Source: an uncultured Pseudomonadales bacterium (GTDB taxonomy: Bacteria > Patescibacteriota > Microgenomatia > UBA1400 > UBA1396). From it: 64,000 nt of DNA. Positions 48,072-56,658 of this stretch are shown one piece after another. The notes under the pieces are model-generated. The model was not told the DNA's origin and searched no databases. It saw only the letters and a list, made by a program, of their open reading frames with translations. The number at the start of each line of letters is the position of its first letter. The first letter of the stretch is position 1. The stretch lies in contig CAZRWP010000001.1 in the NCBI GenBank assembly GCA_964603945.1, forward strand, positions 59,623-123,622, read 5' to 3'. A program made the translations under genes and the position numbers.

Positions 48072-49762
48072 ATGCAGAATTTAACACAAGAGCAAAATGT
48101 TCATCCTTTTGATTTACAACCGCCACTGCCAGACTGCCCAGTAGTTAATTATAAAAAGGGCGGACCCGAATATGAGGACTCAATCAAATAATATTTGGAA
48201 CAACTCCTGGAATTTGCCAAAGCTACTGGCGTTTGACAGGCAGTCATAGACGCACTAGCTGGCGACAGCGGCTTTACCAACCTTAGCTCGCATCCGCTCA
48301 AAAATACTGAACACTTACAGCCACCAACTGGTAGTGGTCAAGGCCTGGTTGTAACCGGCTATGAGGAAACATATTCCCCTGATTTAGAAGTGATTGATCT
48401 AATGGAAACCAATCCAGAGATGGTTGATGAAATTCTTTACGCTTGGCTCTACCACTTGGCTTTATTCAATCATCCAGAGCACTTAGATGCTCTTTATCAG
48501 GTGGCCAAGAATCATTTTAAAGCTCCTAAAGAACGAAAAAATAAAGCCTTGGAACTTGCCAAGAAACGGGGGGAGGCAGTAAGTATTTTGGAGCTAGCCA
48601 TGCGGATTCCGGAACAAACCAAATACCCTCGGATGAGCCGAACTAAAATCCTCACCCTGGGAGGATTGTATTTCAATATGGGTCGCATAGTTAAAGACTC
48701 TGAAGAAATCTTTGGTCGAATGCAAGCTAGAAATGTAATTGTGGCCGGCGAAAACCCCGATATTACGGGATCGCCATTAATGCTGGCCTCCATGGCCGCA
48801 GCTCACCGTTTAGTGGGAATTCCCAGAGACGGTATTTTTACGGATATTGCGCGCCAAGCAAAGTTAGCTGGCGAATCCTTAAAGTTACTGGAGGAGCTTA
48901 GCCAACTTTTTGGCCGAAACAAGGAAGAACGAAAAACTCCTGTTAGATTGGTACAAGCACAACTTAGTAGGAGTTGTTGAAGCTAATCCAGATCCAGCTA
49001 TAGAAAGGGCTCAGGCTCTCTATGATGCTGGCGTCCGTACCTTTAGGGTGTATTCGCCAGAGCCAAGTGATCAGTTAGTCCAAACAGTTAAAGCTTTGCG
49101 CCAACACCAAAAAGAACAAGGCTGGGAACCGATTGAAATATTCGCTGGCCAGGTAGTGAGTGTCAGTCAAGCTAAAGAATTGGAAGATGCTGGCTGTGAT
49201 GGTCTTTATTGGCGTGGGTGGTGGGGGCCGGTGTATTACAGGTAATGTCGCCAACCTGGCAATTGATTGGCCTCAGCTACTATGGTCATTACGCGGAAAA
49301 ATTAAGATTCCAGTGATAGTCCAAGGAGGAGCAAATGACAATCCAGCCACTACCATTGCCTTGGGCGGCTCAGGAATTGGAGCGGTCGGTGCAATGGGCG
49401 GAAGCCTCGAAAGTCCAGGTGGAACTTTATACTTTTATGACCCTAAAACAGGTGAAATCTTTAAGTTTTATGGAGGTGAAGCTTCTAATCGAATGCGCGC
49501 AATGGCGGATCGCGAAGATATATTTGGGAGAACCATTAATACAGAAGGTGAAACCGCTAGAAAGTTCTTTAAAAATAATCCTTTTCAAGGAATATATGCT
49601 ACTGCCCTTCAAAGGCTTACTGAAATGCTGGAACGAATTTCAACCGGTTTAGGCTTTCAAAATGCCAGAAATATCAGAAAACAACAAAAAAGAACAAAGA
49701 ATGTCCGGCGTGAGGCTCCTATCATGAGCCTATCTAGAAACCCGCACGATACGCATCCCTAA
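48072..49762 (+). pseudogene. disrupted divergent IMP dehydrogenase/GMP reductase-like gene
   Basis: ATG at 48072, in-frame TGA 48234-48236, frame changes near 48907-48911 and near 49201-49204; joined product contains PLMLASM, AGQVVS...DAGCD, IGVGGGGRCIT, PVIVQGG, ESPG, FYGGEAS, TEG. Confidence 0.75.
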
Positions 49763-49891
49763 AGTTAAGCACGCAATATATTAATAGCTGCTCTAGCTAT
49801 AATCTCTTTCTAATATTTACTAGAATATTTTGCTTTGACTTTTTTTAAAATTCATGTCAAATTGAATATATATTCATATCATCTAATAGCT

Positions 49892-50263
49892 ATGCCTAGA
49901 AATAAGTCGCCGCGCACCACATCGTCAGTTCCGAGGTCTCCCTTCTTCAAACCACAAGGAGTCTGTTTGAAACAATTGGAAGTTGTCAGGCTTCAAGATG
50001 ATGAATTTGAAGCAATTAAACTGCATGATTTCGATCAGCTCTCCCAGATAGAAGCGGCCTTAGCGATGAAAATCTCCCAACCAACTTTCGGCCGAATTCT
50101 TCACTCTGCCTATAAAAAAATCAGTCAAGCATTACTAGAAGGCAAAGCAATTGCCATTCAACCACAGAAAGGAAGGGCTCATGAAACTTCTCAGTCTCAA
50201 AAATATTTTGATTATACTAGCGCTGTTTGTGATGTCTGCGGCCGGACTTGTCTGGCTAAATAA
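49892..50263 (+). CDS. DUF134 (UPF0251) HTH protein
   Basis: MPR, FKP.G, DEFEAIKL.D...Q.EAA..M.ISQPTF.RIL.SA.KKI..AL.EGKAI. Confidence 0.9.
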   Translation: MPRNKSPRTTSSVPRSPFFKPQGVCLKQLEVVRLQDDEFEAIKLHDFDQLSQIEAALAMKISQPTFGRILHSAYKKISQALLEGKAIAIQPQKGRAHETSQSQKYFDYTSAVCDVCGRTCLAK

Positions 50264-51368
50264 AACTCAGACCCTACCATTTGTCGCTCAAAAAAATAAA
50301 CCGATCAATGGCCTGCTGATGTTGATTGAGTTTGAAGATATCGATGGCGTTTTGCAGTGGGAAAAGGAACTTGACCAGCGTAATCTGACTGCCATGGTGA
50401 AAGTGCAAAACAATGTTTTAGAGGAAAATCCCGATGTTTTTAAGCGTTTAGCTGACAAAGGTTATGAGATTGCCGGTGGGTATGACGAAGAAGCTTTTTG
50501 GGACATGCCATATGACCAGCAATTCAAATATTTATCCGAGGCTAAAAATTTAGTGGAAGATATTACCGGCAAGCCAATGCGAGTCTTTGGCAGTCGCTAC
50601 TTTGCCTATGACGAAACCACTTTAAAAGCGGCTGACAGTCTGGAAATTGAGTATATTTTAGCTCGTGGAACTCAAGACGTCGCCGCCATGATCTTTGATC
50701 CAGATGAATATTCTGCCAAAGTAATTTCCGTTACTAATGTTGAAAATGGCGAAATGGGTCGCGGTTCTTTATGCGACTACAGTTTGTGGGCCCGCGGCGC
50801 TGACGCCACGGAGTTTGCCCAAATTCTGCAAGAAAGCTTAGCCAAAAAACCAGCCAACATGATCTTAGTCTCCCATGCTTACTTGGGTGGCACCCGTCAG
50901 GAATGGTGGACTGAATATAAAAAAGTTTTAGAAACCGATCTAGTTGAGTGGGTGGGTTTTGATGAATGGATTGCCAAGCAGGAAATAAAAAGACTGCCCA
51001 ACCAAGAGATCCCGATTAATCGCGAAGTAAAGTATGTTCAGCCAAATCCTGCCAAACCCATGGAGGATTACGCCCCAGTAACTGATTTAGAAAATTCGGA
51101 AATAGTCATGTTTCACAACGGCTTGGGCGAAATGTGTATTGAAGCAATTGATTTTTTCCAGGAGAACCAAATAAGCTATCGTGAGTACTTGAATACCGAT
51201 CCGCAGTTCTCAGCTTTGCTGACGCAATATCAAGTTGAGTATCCAACTAGCACCGGTGTTTCGACAAACTACCAATACTTGCCAATTATCTTTTACGAGG
51301 GCAAAGCATACTCAGGCTTTAACGAGCAGATTGCTGAGAAAATTTTAAGTGAGTGGGAGGAAAGATAG
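50181..51368 (+). CDS. membrane-anchored polysaccharide deacetylase-like protein with C-terminal glutaredoxin-like domain
   Basis: TM; GYEIA, Q...L......E..TG.....F pattern of the NodB barrel; C-terminal MF.....MC..A..F....P.I...G....GFN. Confidence 0.7.
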   Translation: MKLLSLKNILIILALFVMSAAGLVWLNKTQTLPFVAQKNKPINGLLMLIEFEDIDGVLQWEKELDQRNLTAMVKVQNNVLEENPDVFKRLADKGYEIAGGYDEEAFWDMPYDQQFKYLSEAKNLVEDITGKPMRVFGSRYFAYDETTLKAADSLEIEYILARGTQDVAAMIFDPDEYSAKVISVTNVENGEMGRGSLCDYSLWARGADATEFAQILQESLAKKPANMILVSHAYLGGTRQEWWTEYKKVLETDLVEWVGFDEWIAKQEIKRLPNQEIPINREVKYVQPNPAKPMEDYAPVTDLENSEIVMFHNGLGEMCIEAIDFFQENQISYREYLNTDPQFSALLTQYQVEYPTSTGVSTNYQYLPIIFYEGKAYSGFNEQIAEKILSEWEER

Positions 51369-51372
51369 ATGT

Positions 51373-51630
51373 AAGTGGAGGAATTCACCCGCTCAGGCTC
51401 ATAGCTTCTATTTTGGTATTCGCTTGAGCGAGTACCTTGATGAGAATCCCCTTTCTTTCAATAAAAAAACCTGCCAGGTGGAGGGATTCCCCGACTCTCC
51501 CTGATTTTCATCAGGGCTCGCTGGACTAGGCAGGTGTTCGCAAGCTTGCTCACACTTGCCGTCGGAACATAGGCTTCGCACCCAATTACCTCTACCAACA
51601 AAAAAATCCCCACTCGGGGATCTTTTTTGT
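51373..51630 (-). repeat. inverted and direct copies of the tRNA-Ser 3' end
   Basis: AGGTGGAGGGATTC at both 51637 (in the tRNA) and 51476; 2-mismatch copy at 51373; inverted copies near 51575-51601 and 51444-51455. Confidence 0.75.
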
Positions 51631-51718
51631 TGGCGGAGGTGGAGGGATTCGAACCCACGCAACCGGTAAAGGTTCAGGTTTAGCAAACCTGTGCAATTGG
51701 CCACTATGCGACACCTCC
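51631..51718 (-). tRNA. tRNA-Ser(GCT)
   Basis: GGAGGTG acceptor, CAGGT-TT-GCT-AA-ACCTG anticodon arm, long variable arm, GGTTCGAATCC, encoded CCA. Confidence 0.95.
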
Positions 51719-51909
51719 TGGTCAGATGAACAGTTTCATCTGGGTCAGCTTGGGTATTATAACGGTGAAATCGGCCAGCGCCAACCAGACAGCAAGAACT
51801 AATCTCGCCCAAGTTAAACATCGTCAAAATTATGACCTGATTTATTTTTTATCAACTTATTACATATTTTTAACAATTTTCCAACAAATTTGTTTTAGCG
51901 TGACAATTT

Positions 51910-52362
51910 ATGAATCGGTTTCGCACTGAATTAAAAAGGATTTTAAGCAATCAGAAACCTAGCCGATTGCACCAAAATCTAGTCGATATTGCCTCAGAGC
52001 AATCTGGAAATAAACCTTTCCTGACCGAATCTCAACAAAGAGCTAGAGATCTTGATGACTTGGTTGATTTGATTGAAAAAGCCATCGAGACAGTTCGGAC
52101 TAGAATTGACTTTCTCAGAATTTTTCAAAATATTGGTTACTTATCTAAGATGAAAAGTGCAAATTATAATCACATGCCCAGTCTTCTCGATTTAATGGCT
52201 AGACAGAGATTAAAAAAACTTCCGAAAAGTTTTGAATTTTCCAAAAAGGACCGAGACTTAGCATTTGAGCTCGGACAAGCGTGGGCTGAATTAGTTCTAA
52301 ATAGTTCTCGGAATAATAATGATCGGCCGCCAGCCAAGCAACCACCTAATCGCTGGCGCTAA
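51910..52362 (+). CDS. hypothetical protein
   Basis: 150-aa ORF filling the gap; no family recognised. Confidence 0.55.
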   Translation: MNRFRTELKRILSNQKPSRLHQNLVDIASEQSGNKPFLTESQQRARDLDDLVDLIEKAIETVRTRIDFLRIFQNIGYLSKMKSANYNHMPSLLDLMARQRLKKLPKSFEFSKKDRDLAFELGQAWAELVLNSSRNNNDRPPAKQPPNRWR

Positions 52363-52435
52363 GCTAGGCCTATTTCGATTTAATCCACCATCTGTACCAA
52401 CACCTTATAATGATGGCATAATGCCTGCTTAGGTT

Positions 52436-53146
52436 ATGCCAAACGCTAAGTCACAAATTTTTACCTGTCAGGACGGTCTGGAAGTGCCTATCACCTGGCA
52501 AACGAGTTCGCGCAACCGGAATATCAGGCTAACGGTTGCCACCAGTGGAGTTAGAGTTAGCTCGCCGCCGCGTACTAAGTGGTCAGTCATAAAAAATTTC
52601 TTAAGTGATCAGGAAAATTGGCTTAAAGCCCAGCTGGAAAAACAGGTGCCTGTTTCACCAAATCGGCTATATTATCAAGGCAAACAATATAAATTGAAAC
52701 TTAGTCCAAGCGCTGAGCCAACTCGAGTTCATTTTAGGGATGACACCTGCTATGTTTCGCCAATTCGTCCAACTGACGAATCGGTCCAACAAACACTGGA
52801 GCGGTGGTTAAAAACCACCGCGGCTGAAGAACTCACATCAGTTTTTTTGGAATGCCGGCAGGACATGGGTGTTCAGGCCAGCAATTTACGCTGGCGCGAC
52901 ACCAAATCGCGCTGGGGAAGCTGTTCGACTGATGGGCAAATTATGCTGAGCTGGCGCTTAATTCACGCGCCGCCTGTTGTAGCCCGTTACGTAATCATTC
53001 ATGAACTCGCCCACCGAATTCACCACAATCATTCGTCTCACTTTTGGAAATTAGTGGCCGAGCATGATCCGGCTTACAAAGTTCACCGCGGCTGGCTCAA
53101 ACGGCACGGCCATCAGTGCCAGACTCCGCAAACTAAGTTGTTCTAA
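52436..53146 (+). CDS. YgjP/DUF45 family zinc metalloprotein
   Basis: KSRWGSCS, YVIIHELAH...NHS..FW. Confidence 0.92.
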   Translation: MPNAKSQIFTCQDGLEVPITWQTSSRNRNIRLTVATSGVRVSSPPRTKWSVIKNFLSDQENWLKAQLEKQVPVSPNRLYYQGKQYKLKLSPSAEPTRVHFRDDTCYVSPIRPTDESVQQTLERWLKTTAAEELTSVFLECRQDMGVQASNLRWRDTKSRWGSCSTDGQIMLSWRLIHAPPVVARYVIIHELAHRIHHNHSSHFWKLVAEHDPAYKVHRGWLKRHGHQCQTPQTKLF

Positions 53147-53162
53147 ATTTGAATTTGATGGA

Positions 53163-53194
53163 GGCGCGGCCGTCTCCCCAGGAGCGGCCGCGCC
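53163..53194. terminator. GC-rich hairpin between convergent genes
   Basis: GGCGCGGCCG / CGGCCGCGCC arms. Confidence 0.65.
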
Positions 53195-53225
53195 AACTTG
53201 CCAACTTCAATTTAATAAATATTTC

Positions 53226-54902
53226 TTAGACATTGCCTTCAATGGAATTGATAATCACCAGTACGAGCGGCTCCTTTTCCGATTCTTGGCGGATTCGGTA
53301 ACGGATGTCGTTTTTAATTTGAATAGGCAAATCTTTAGCCTCTTGTCCATTTTTGGCCAGTGTTTCGCGGACAGTTTCCCGTACAATTTGGTATAACTGC
53401 TCCTGCTCTTCAGGAGAAGTCAGGCCTAAGCCTCTTTCTTCAACCGACATATTGTTGAGGTCATAATTACCGGCCACTTCGTTCATCGCCACCACAATTA
53501 CACCCTGCTTGCCCAAAATTTCGCGATCAGCCAACACCTGATCCATCACTTGACTGGTTGTGCCAGCTACTGTGATCGTTCGTTCCCTCAACTTAATTTC
53601 TTTACCATAGCGGAAACCGTTGGCGTCTAGTTCAACTGGCTTACCATAATGAGGTAAAACAATCTGATTAAGGTTATAGCCGTGATGCTCGACCACATGG
53701 CTAAAACGTACGCGGTGACGTTCTTCACCGCCAATCGGGAATAGATATTTTGGCTTCAACAGGTGAACCATGAGCATCTGCTCATACTCACCAGCGTGGC
53801 CGGAAACGTGCAAATCGTCATCCACGTCTGAATAAGCCACGTCGATACCCTTTTCGGCTAATTCATCAATAACACCATAGACGTTGATTTCATTACCGGG
53901 AATTGGTTCCGAGGCAACGATCACCTTGTCGCCGCGATGAATGTTGACCAGGCGGTGCTCGCCGGAAACGGCTCGCACCAGCGAAGATCCAGCCTGTCCC
54001 TGACTGCCAGCGACCACTAAACAAATCTGGTCATCCGGCACTCCATCTAGGTTCCGTTTGTTGAGTTTGATATTGGGTGGGAAATTTAGCAGACCCATAT
54101 TCATGGCTGTGTTTACATTCTGCTCAACCGAACGGCCAATAAAGCTGATCTTGCGGTCAAACTCTGAGGCCACATCAATTACCTGCTGAACGCGGTGCAA
54201 ATTGGAACTCATTAAGGTCACAATTACCTTGCCTTTAACATCATGCATTTCACGCCGCAAAGTGCCGCGTAGAACCGATTCAGACGCCGTGGGATCACGG
54301 CGCTCAATGCGCAGACAATCCAGCAAAGCGCACAGCACTCCTTCGCGGCCAATATTGGCAATTTTTTGCAGATCCATGTGCTGACCGTCAACTGGCGTTA
54401 AGTCGATCTTAAAATCAGACCCGTGGTAAATCACACCTTCCGGCGTGCGGATCACCAAGTGACGAGTGTCGGGCACTGAGTGAGTTACGCGAATTGTCTC
54501 AAAGGTGAACGGTCCCAATTTTAGCTGGCCATCATCAAAGTACTGGACTTCCTTTTCAATATCCTGATCAGCCAAACGAGTCATAGCAAACTCAGCCGTT
54601 AAAGGCGAGCCATAAATCGGCACATCCACGCCGATCTCTCGTAAGACATACGGCAAGGCGGCGATATGGTCATCATGACCGTGAGATAGGACAATACCGT
54701 GCAGAGTCGCGCCAGCGGCTAAACGATCCTGCAGATACTGTGTATCGGGCACCAGGATGTCAACGCCAGGCATTTCCATCGGCGCAAAGCCGATTCCGCA
54801 ATCGACAACAACCATATCATCGCCGAGCTCGTAAACAAACATGTTTTTAGTGACACGTCCAATGCCACCCATGGGGAATATTTTTAACATAAATGTGTTC
54901 AT
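53226..54902 (-). CDS. rnj: ribonuclease J
   Basis: GG..R.TKNM, DCG, HGHDDH, HSVPD, DFKID, GSQG, HVSGH. Confidence 0.95.
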   Translation of the reverse strand: MNTFMLKIFPMGGIGRVTKNMFVYELGDDMVVVDCGIGFAPMEMPGVDILVPDTQYLQDRLAAGATLHGIVLSHGHDDHIAALPYVLREIGVDVPIYGSPLTAEFAMTRLADQDIEKEVQYFDDGQLKLGPFTFETIRVTHSVPDTRHLVIRTPEGVIYHGSDFKIDLTPVDGQHMDLQKIANIGREGVLCALLDCLRIERRDPTASESVLRGTLRREMHDVKGKVIVTLMSSNLHRVQQVIDVASEFDRKISFIGRSVEQNVNTAMNMGLLNFPPNIKLNKRNLDGVPDDQICLVVAGSQGQAGSSLVRAVSGEHRLVNIHRGDKVIVASEPIPGNEINVYGVIDELAEKGIDVAYSDVDDDLHVSGHAGEYEQMLMVHLLKPKYLFPIGGEERHRVRFSHVVEHHGYNLNQIVLPHYGKPVELDANGFRYGKEIKLRERTITVAGTTSQVMDQVLADREILGKQGVIVVAMNEVAGNYDLNNMSVEERGLGLTSPEEQEQLYQIVRETVRETLAKNGQEAKDLPIQIKNDIRYRIRQESEKEPLVLVIINSIEGNV

Positions 54903-54983
54903 CAGCTAATTAATGGATAACCAACACTTGTCAGTTATCAAAAAGCTGATGAAACTCCTTTCTTTTCTTTATTTTTAGAAACC

Positions 54984-55610
54984 CTAAAATAGGGCTTCTT
55001 TTATGCTCTCAATTTGTTCAGCCTGGCTTTCCCGCTGGCCAATATAAGCCAAGGCTTTAGGTATTTTGCCAATATCTTGGCTAAATGCCTCCTTTAGCTT
55101 GCCATTTCTAAGCGCCGCCGCTGGGTGATAAATTGGCAAGACATATATTATGCGCCCTTTCCAGCGGATCCGCTTCAGAACTCCGTGGACTAAGGTTATT
55201 TTAGCCTCAGGTAGAAAAAAATTTAGACTGAATCTGCCTAATGTAACAAACAATTTAGGCTTGATTAAGTCAATTTCTTCCAGCAAAAATGGTAAATAAG
55301 CTTTTATTTCGTCTAGCTGTGGATCGCGGTTGCCTGGCGGCCTCACCTTGACGATATTGCTGACATATAAATCTGGCCTAGCTAGACCATTTTCCTCAAG
55401 CGTCCGGTTAAATAACTGACCAGATCGTCCGACAAACGGAATGCGCTGCTTTGCCTCCTCAGCTCCTGGCGCCTCGCCAATCACCATTATTTGAGAGTGC
55501 AAATTACCTTGACCAATCACGATATCCTGGGGAACCTGGCAAAGTGGTAGATCGTCACAACGCGACTCCATTAGTTTTAATAACTTCGCGTGCTGATCTT
55601 CTCTCGTCAT
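54984..55610 (-). CDS. uracil-DNA glycosylase family 4
   Basis: GEAPG..E.....PFVGRSG, N.VK.RPP.NRDP, YHPAAALR. Confidence 0.93.
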   Translation of the reverse strand: MTREDQHAKLLKLMESRCDDLPLCQVPQDIVIGQGNLHSQIMVIGEAPGAEEAKQRIPFVGRSGQLFNRTLEENGLARPDLYVSNIVKVRPPGNRDPQLDEIKAYLPFLLEEIDLIKPKLFVTLGRFSLNFFLPEAKITLVHGVLKRIRWKGRIIYVLPIYHPAAALRNGKLKEAFSQDIGKIPKALAYIGQRESQAEQIESIKEALF

Positions 55611-55934
55611 GCTGAATCTCTATTGTATCAGGTTAAAAAACTGCAAATTTGCGGTGTCAAAAATTGCGGGGAAAGTACATTACAACAGCTTTGACAATAA
55701 AAATACAGAGTTGAATTGAAGGCTGTTGAACAGATAAGGTCATAAAAGTGTTGAACCTGTCCACTAGCACCATCTCCACTTACTATTTGAGACAATTTCA
55801 AGCACCACAAGACATAAATTCTCCCTATTTTGAAATATCTAATTCAGCTTTTAACTGCTGTAGATCAACCTATTCTTATAAGTTACTAAAAAATATTTCA
55901 GCTGAAAAGGCTGATTGGTAAGAGTTGGTAATTT

Positions 55935-56654
55935 ATGGCTTATCGCTCAAACCGCTACGATAACCGCCGACCAAAATATAAAAAACCACCAGAATCACGA
56001 CCTTCAAGACCTCAGTCTTTTGCCAAACACCGTTATGATTTTGGAGACAAAGAAAAACGAGAAATAAGAGAGGTAACTGGAGACCGATGTCTCCGCTGTG
56101 GAATTCAAGAGCATGAGTTAGATTTACTTCTAGCGCAAGCTTGTGAAAAGTGTGATCTAAATGACGCTGACAAAAATTGCAATAGTGGCTGTGACATTAC
56201 CAGTGATCGTCATCTGGAGATTCATCATACTGTCTCAAAATGGTTTGCAGCCGAAAATAAAATGGATTCCAAGGTGATTGGAAGCCTGAACATGGGTGTT
56301 TGTCTTTGTAATGAATGCCACAAAATTATGGATCGATTAGCTCAACAACCAGACTCAGAAGATGATCTCAGAACACTTTATGAACTCGGAAAGCGTGATC
56401 TATCGACTCAAGAAATTACAAATCTCTTCAGAAGAGCTAGAACTAAAAGTTACTTGGCTGAAATTTTACGTATTTGGTACAACCGCGACATGATTGTCAA
56501 TGGATTGGAACCAGAATTTTTGCCTCAGCCAGACAGAATTTTATTAAGAACAGCCCAAGCCAAAGCTCTAATCAAAGAACAACAAAAAAGAGAGAAGTCA
56601 AATTCTCGCATGCGCAAACACCAACCACAAGGGCAATATTACGAGCTTCGCTAA
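55935..56654 (+). CDS. HNH endonuclease-like protein, Cys-rich
   Basis: C..CG...LEIHH...N...LC..CH. Confidence 0.75.
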   Translation: MAYRSNRYDNRRPKYKKPPESRPSRPQSFAKHRYDFGDKEKREIREVTGDRCLRCGIQEHELDLLLAQACEKCDLNDADKNCNSGCDITSDRHLEIHHTVSKWFAAENKMDSKVIGSLNMGVCLCNECHKIMDRLAQQPDSEDDLRTLYELGKRDLSTQEITNLFRRARTKSYLAEILRIWYNRDMIVNGLEPEFLPQPDRILLRTAQAKALIKEQQKREKSNSRMRKHQPQGQYYELR

Positions 56655-56658
56655 CTAT

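Noticed and set aside
48234-48236. In-frame TGA as evidence of genetic code 25 or selenocysteine
   Set aside because: TGA ends intact genes here (stops at 7521, 17914, 26247, 27611, 29252), long conserved genes have no internal TGA, and the same gene also has two frameshifts.
51373-51650. Prophage or genomic island integrated at tRNA-Ser
   Set aside because: The duplicated 3' ends are only 100-160 bp apart and no integrase or phage gene is visible.
51408-51929. ORFs 51408-51827, 51458-51658 and 51726-51929
   Set aside because: The first two overlap the tRNA-Ser and its structured trailer, the third its promoter region; no protein motifs.
53064-53396. 110-aa ORF spanning the ygjP-rnj junction
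   Set aside because: Overlaps two real genes and a terminator hairpin.
55620-55930. Possible ncRNA between udg and the HNH gene
   Set aside because: Only short imperfect stems (e.g. CAACAGC/GCTGTTG); not enough support.
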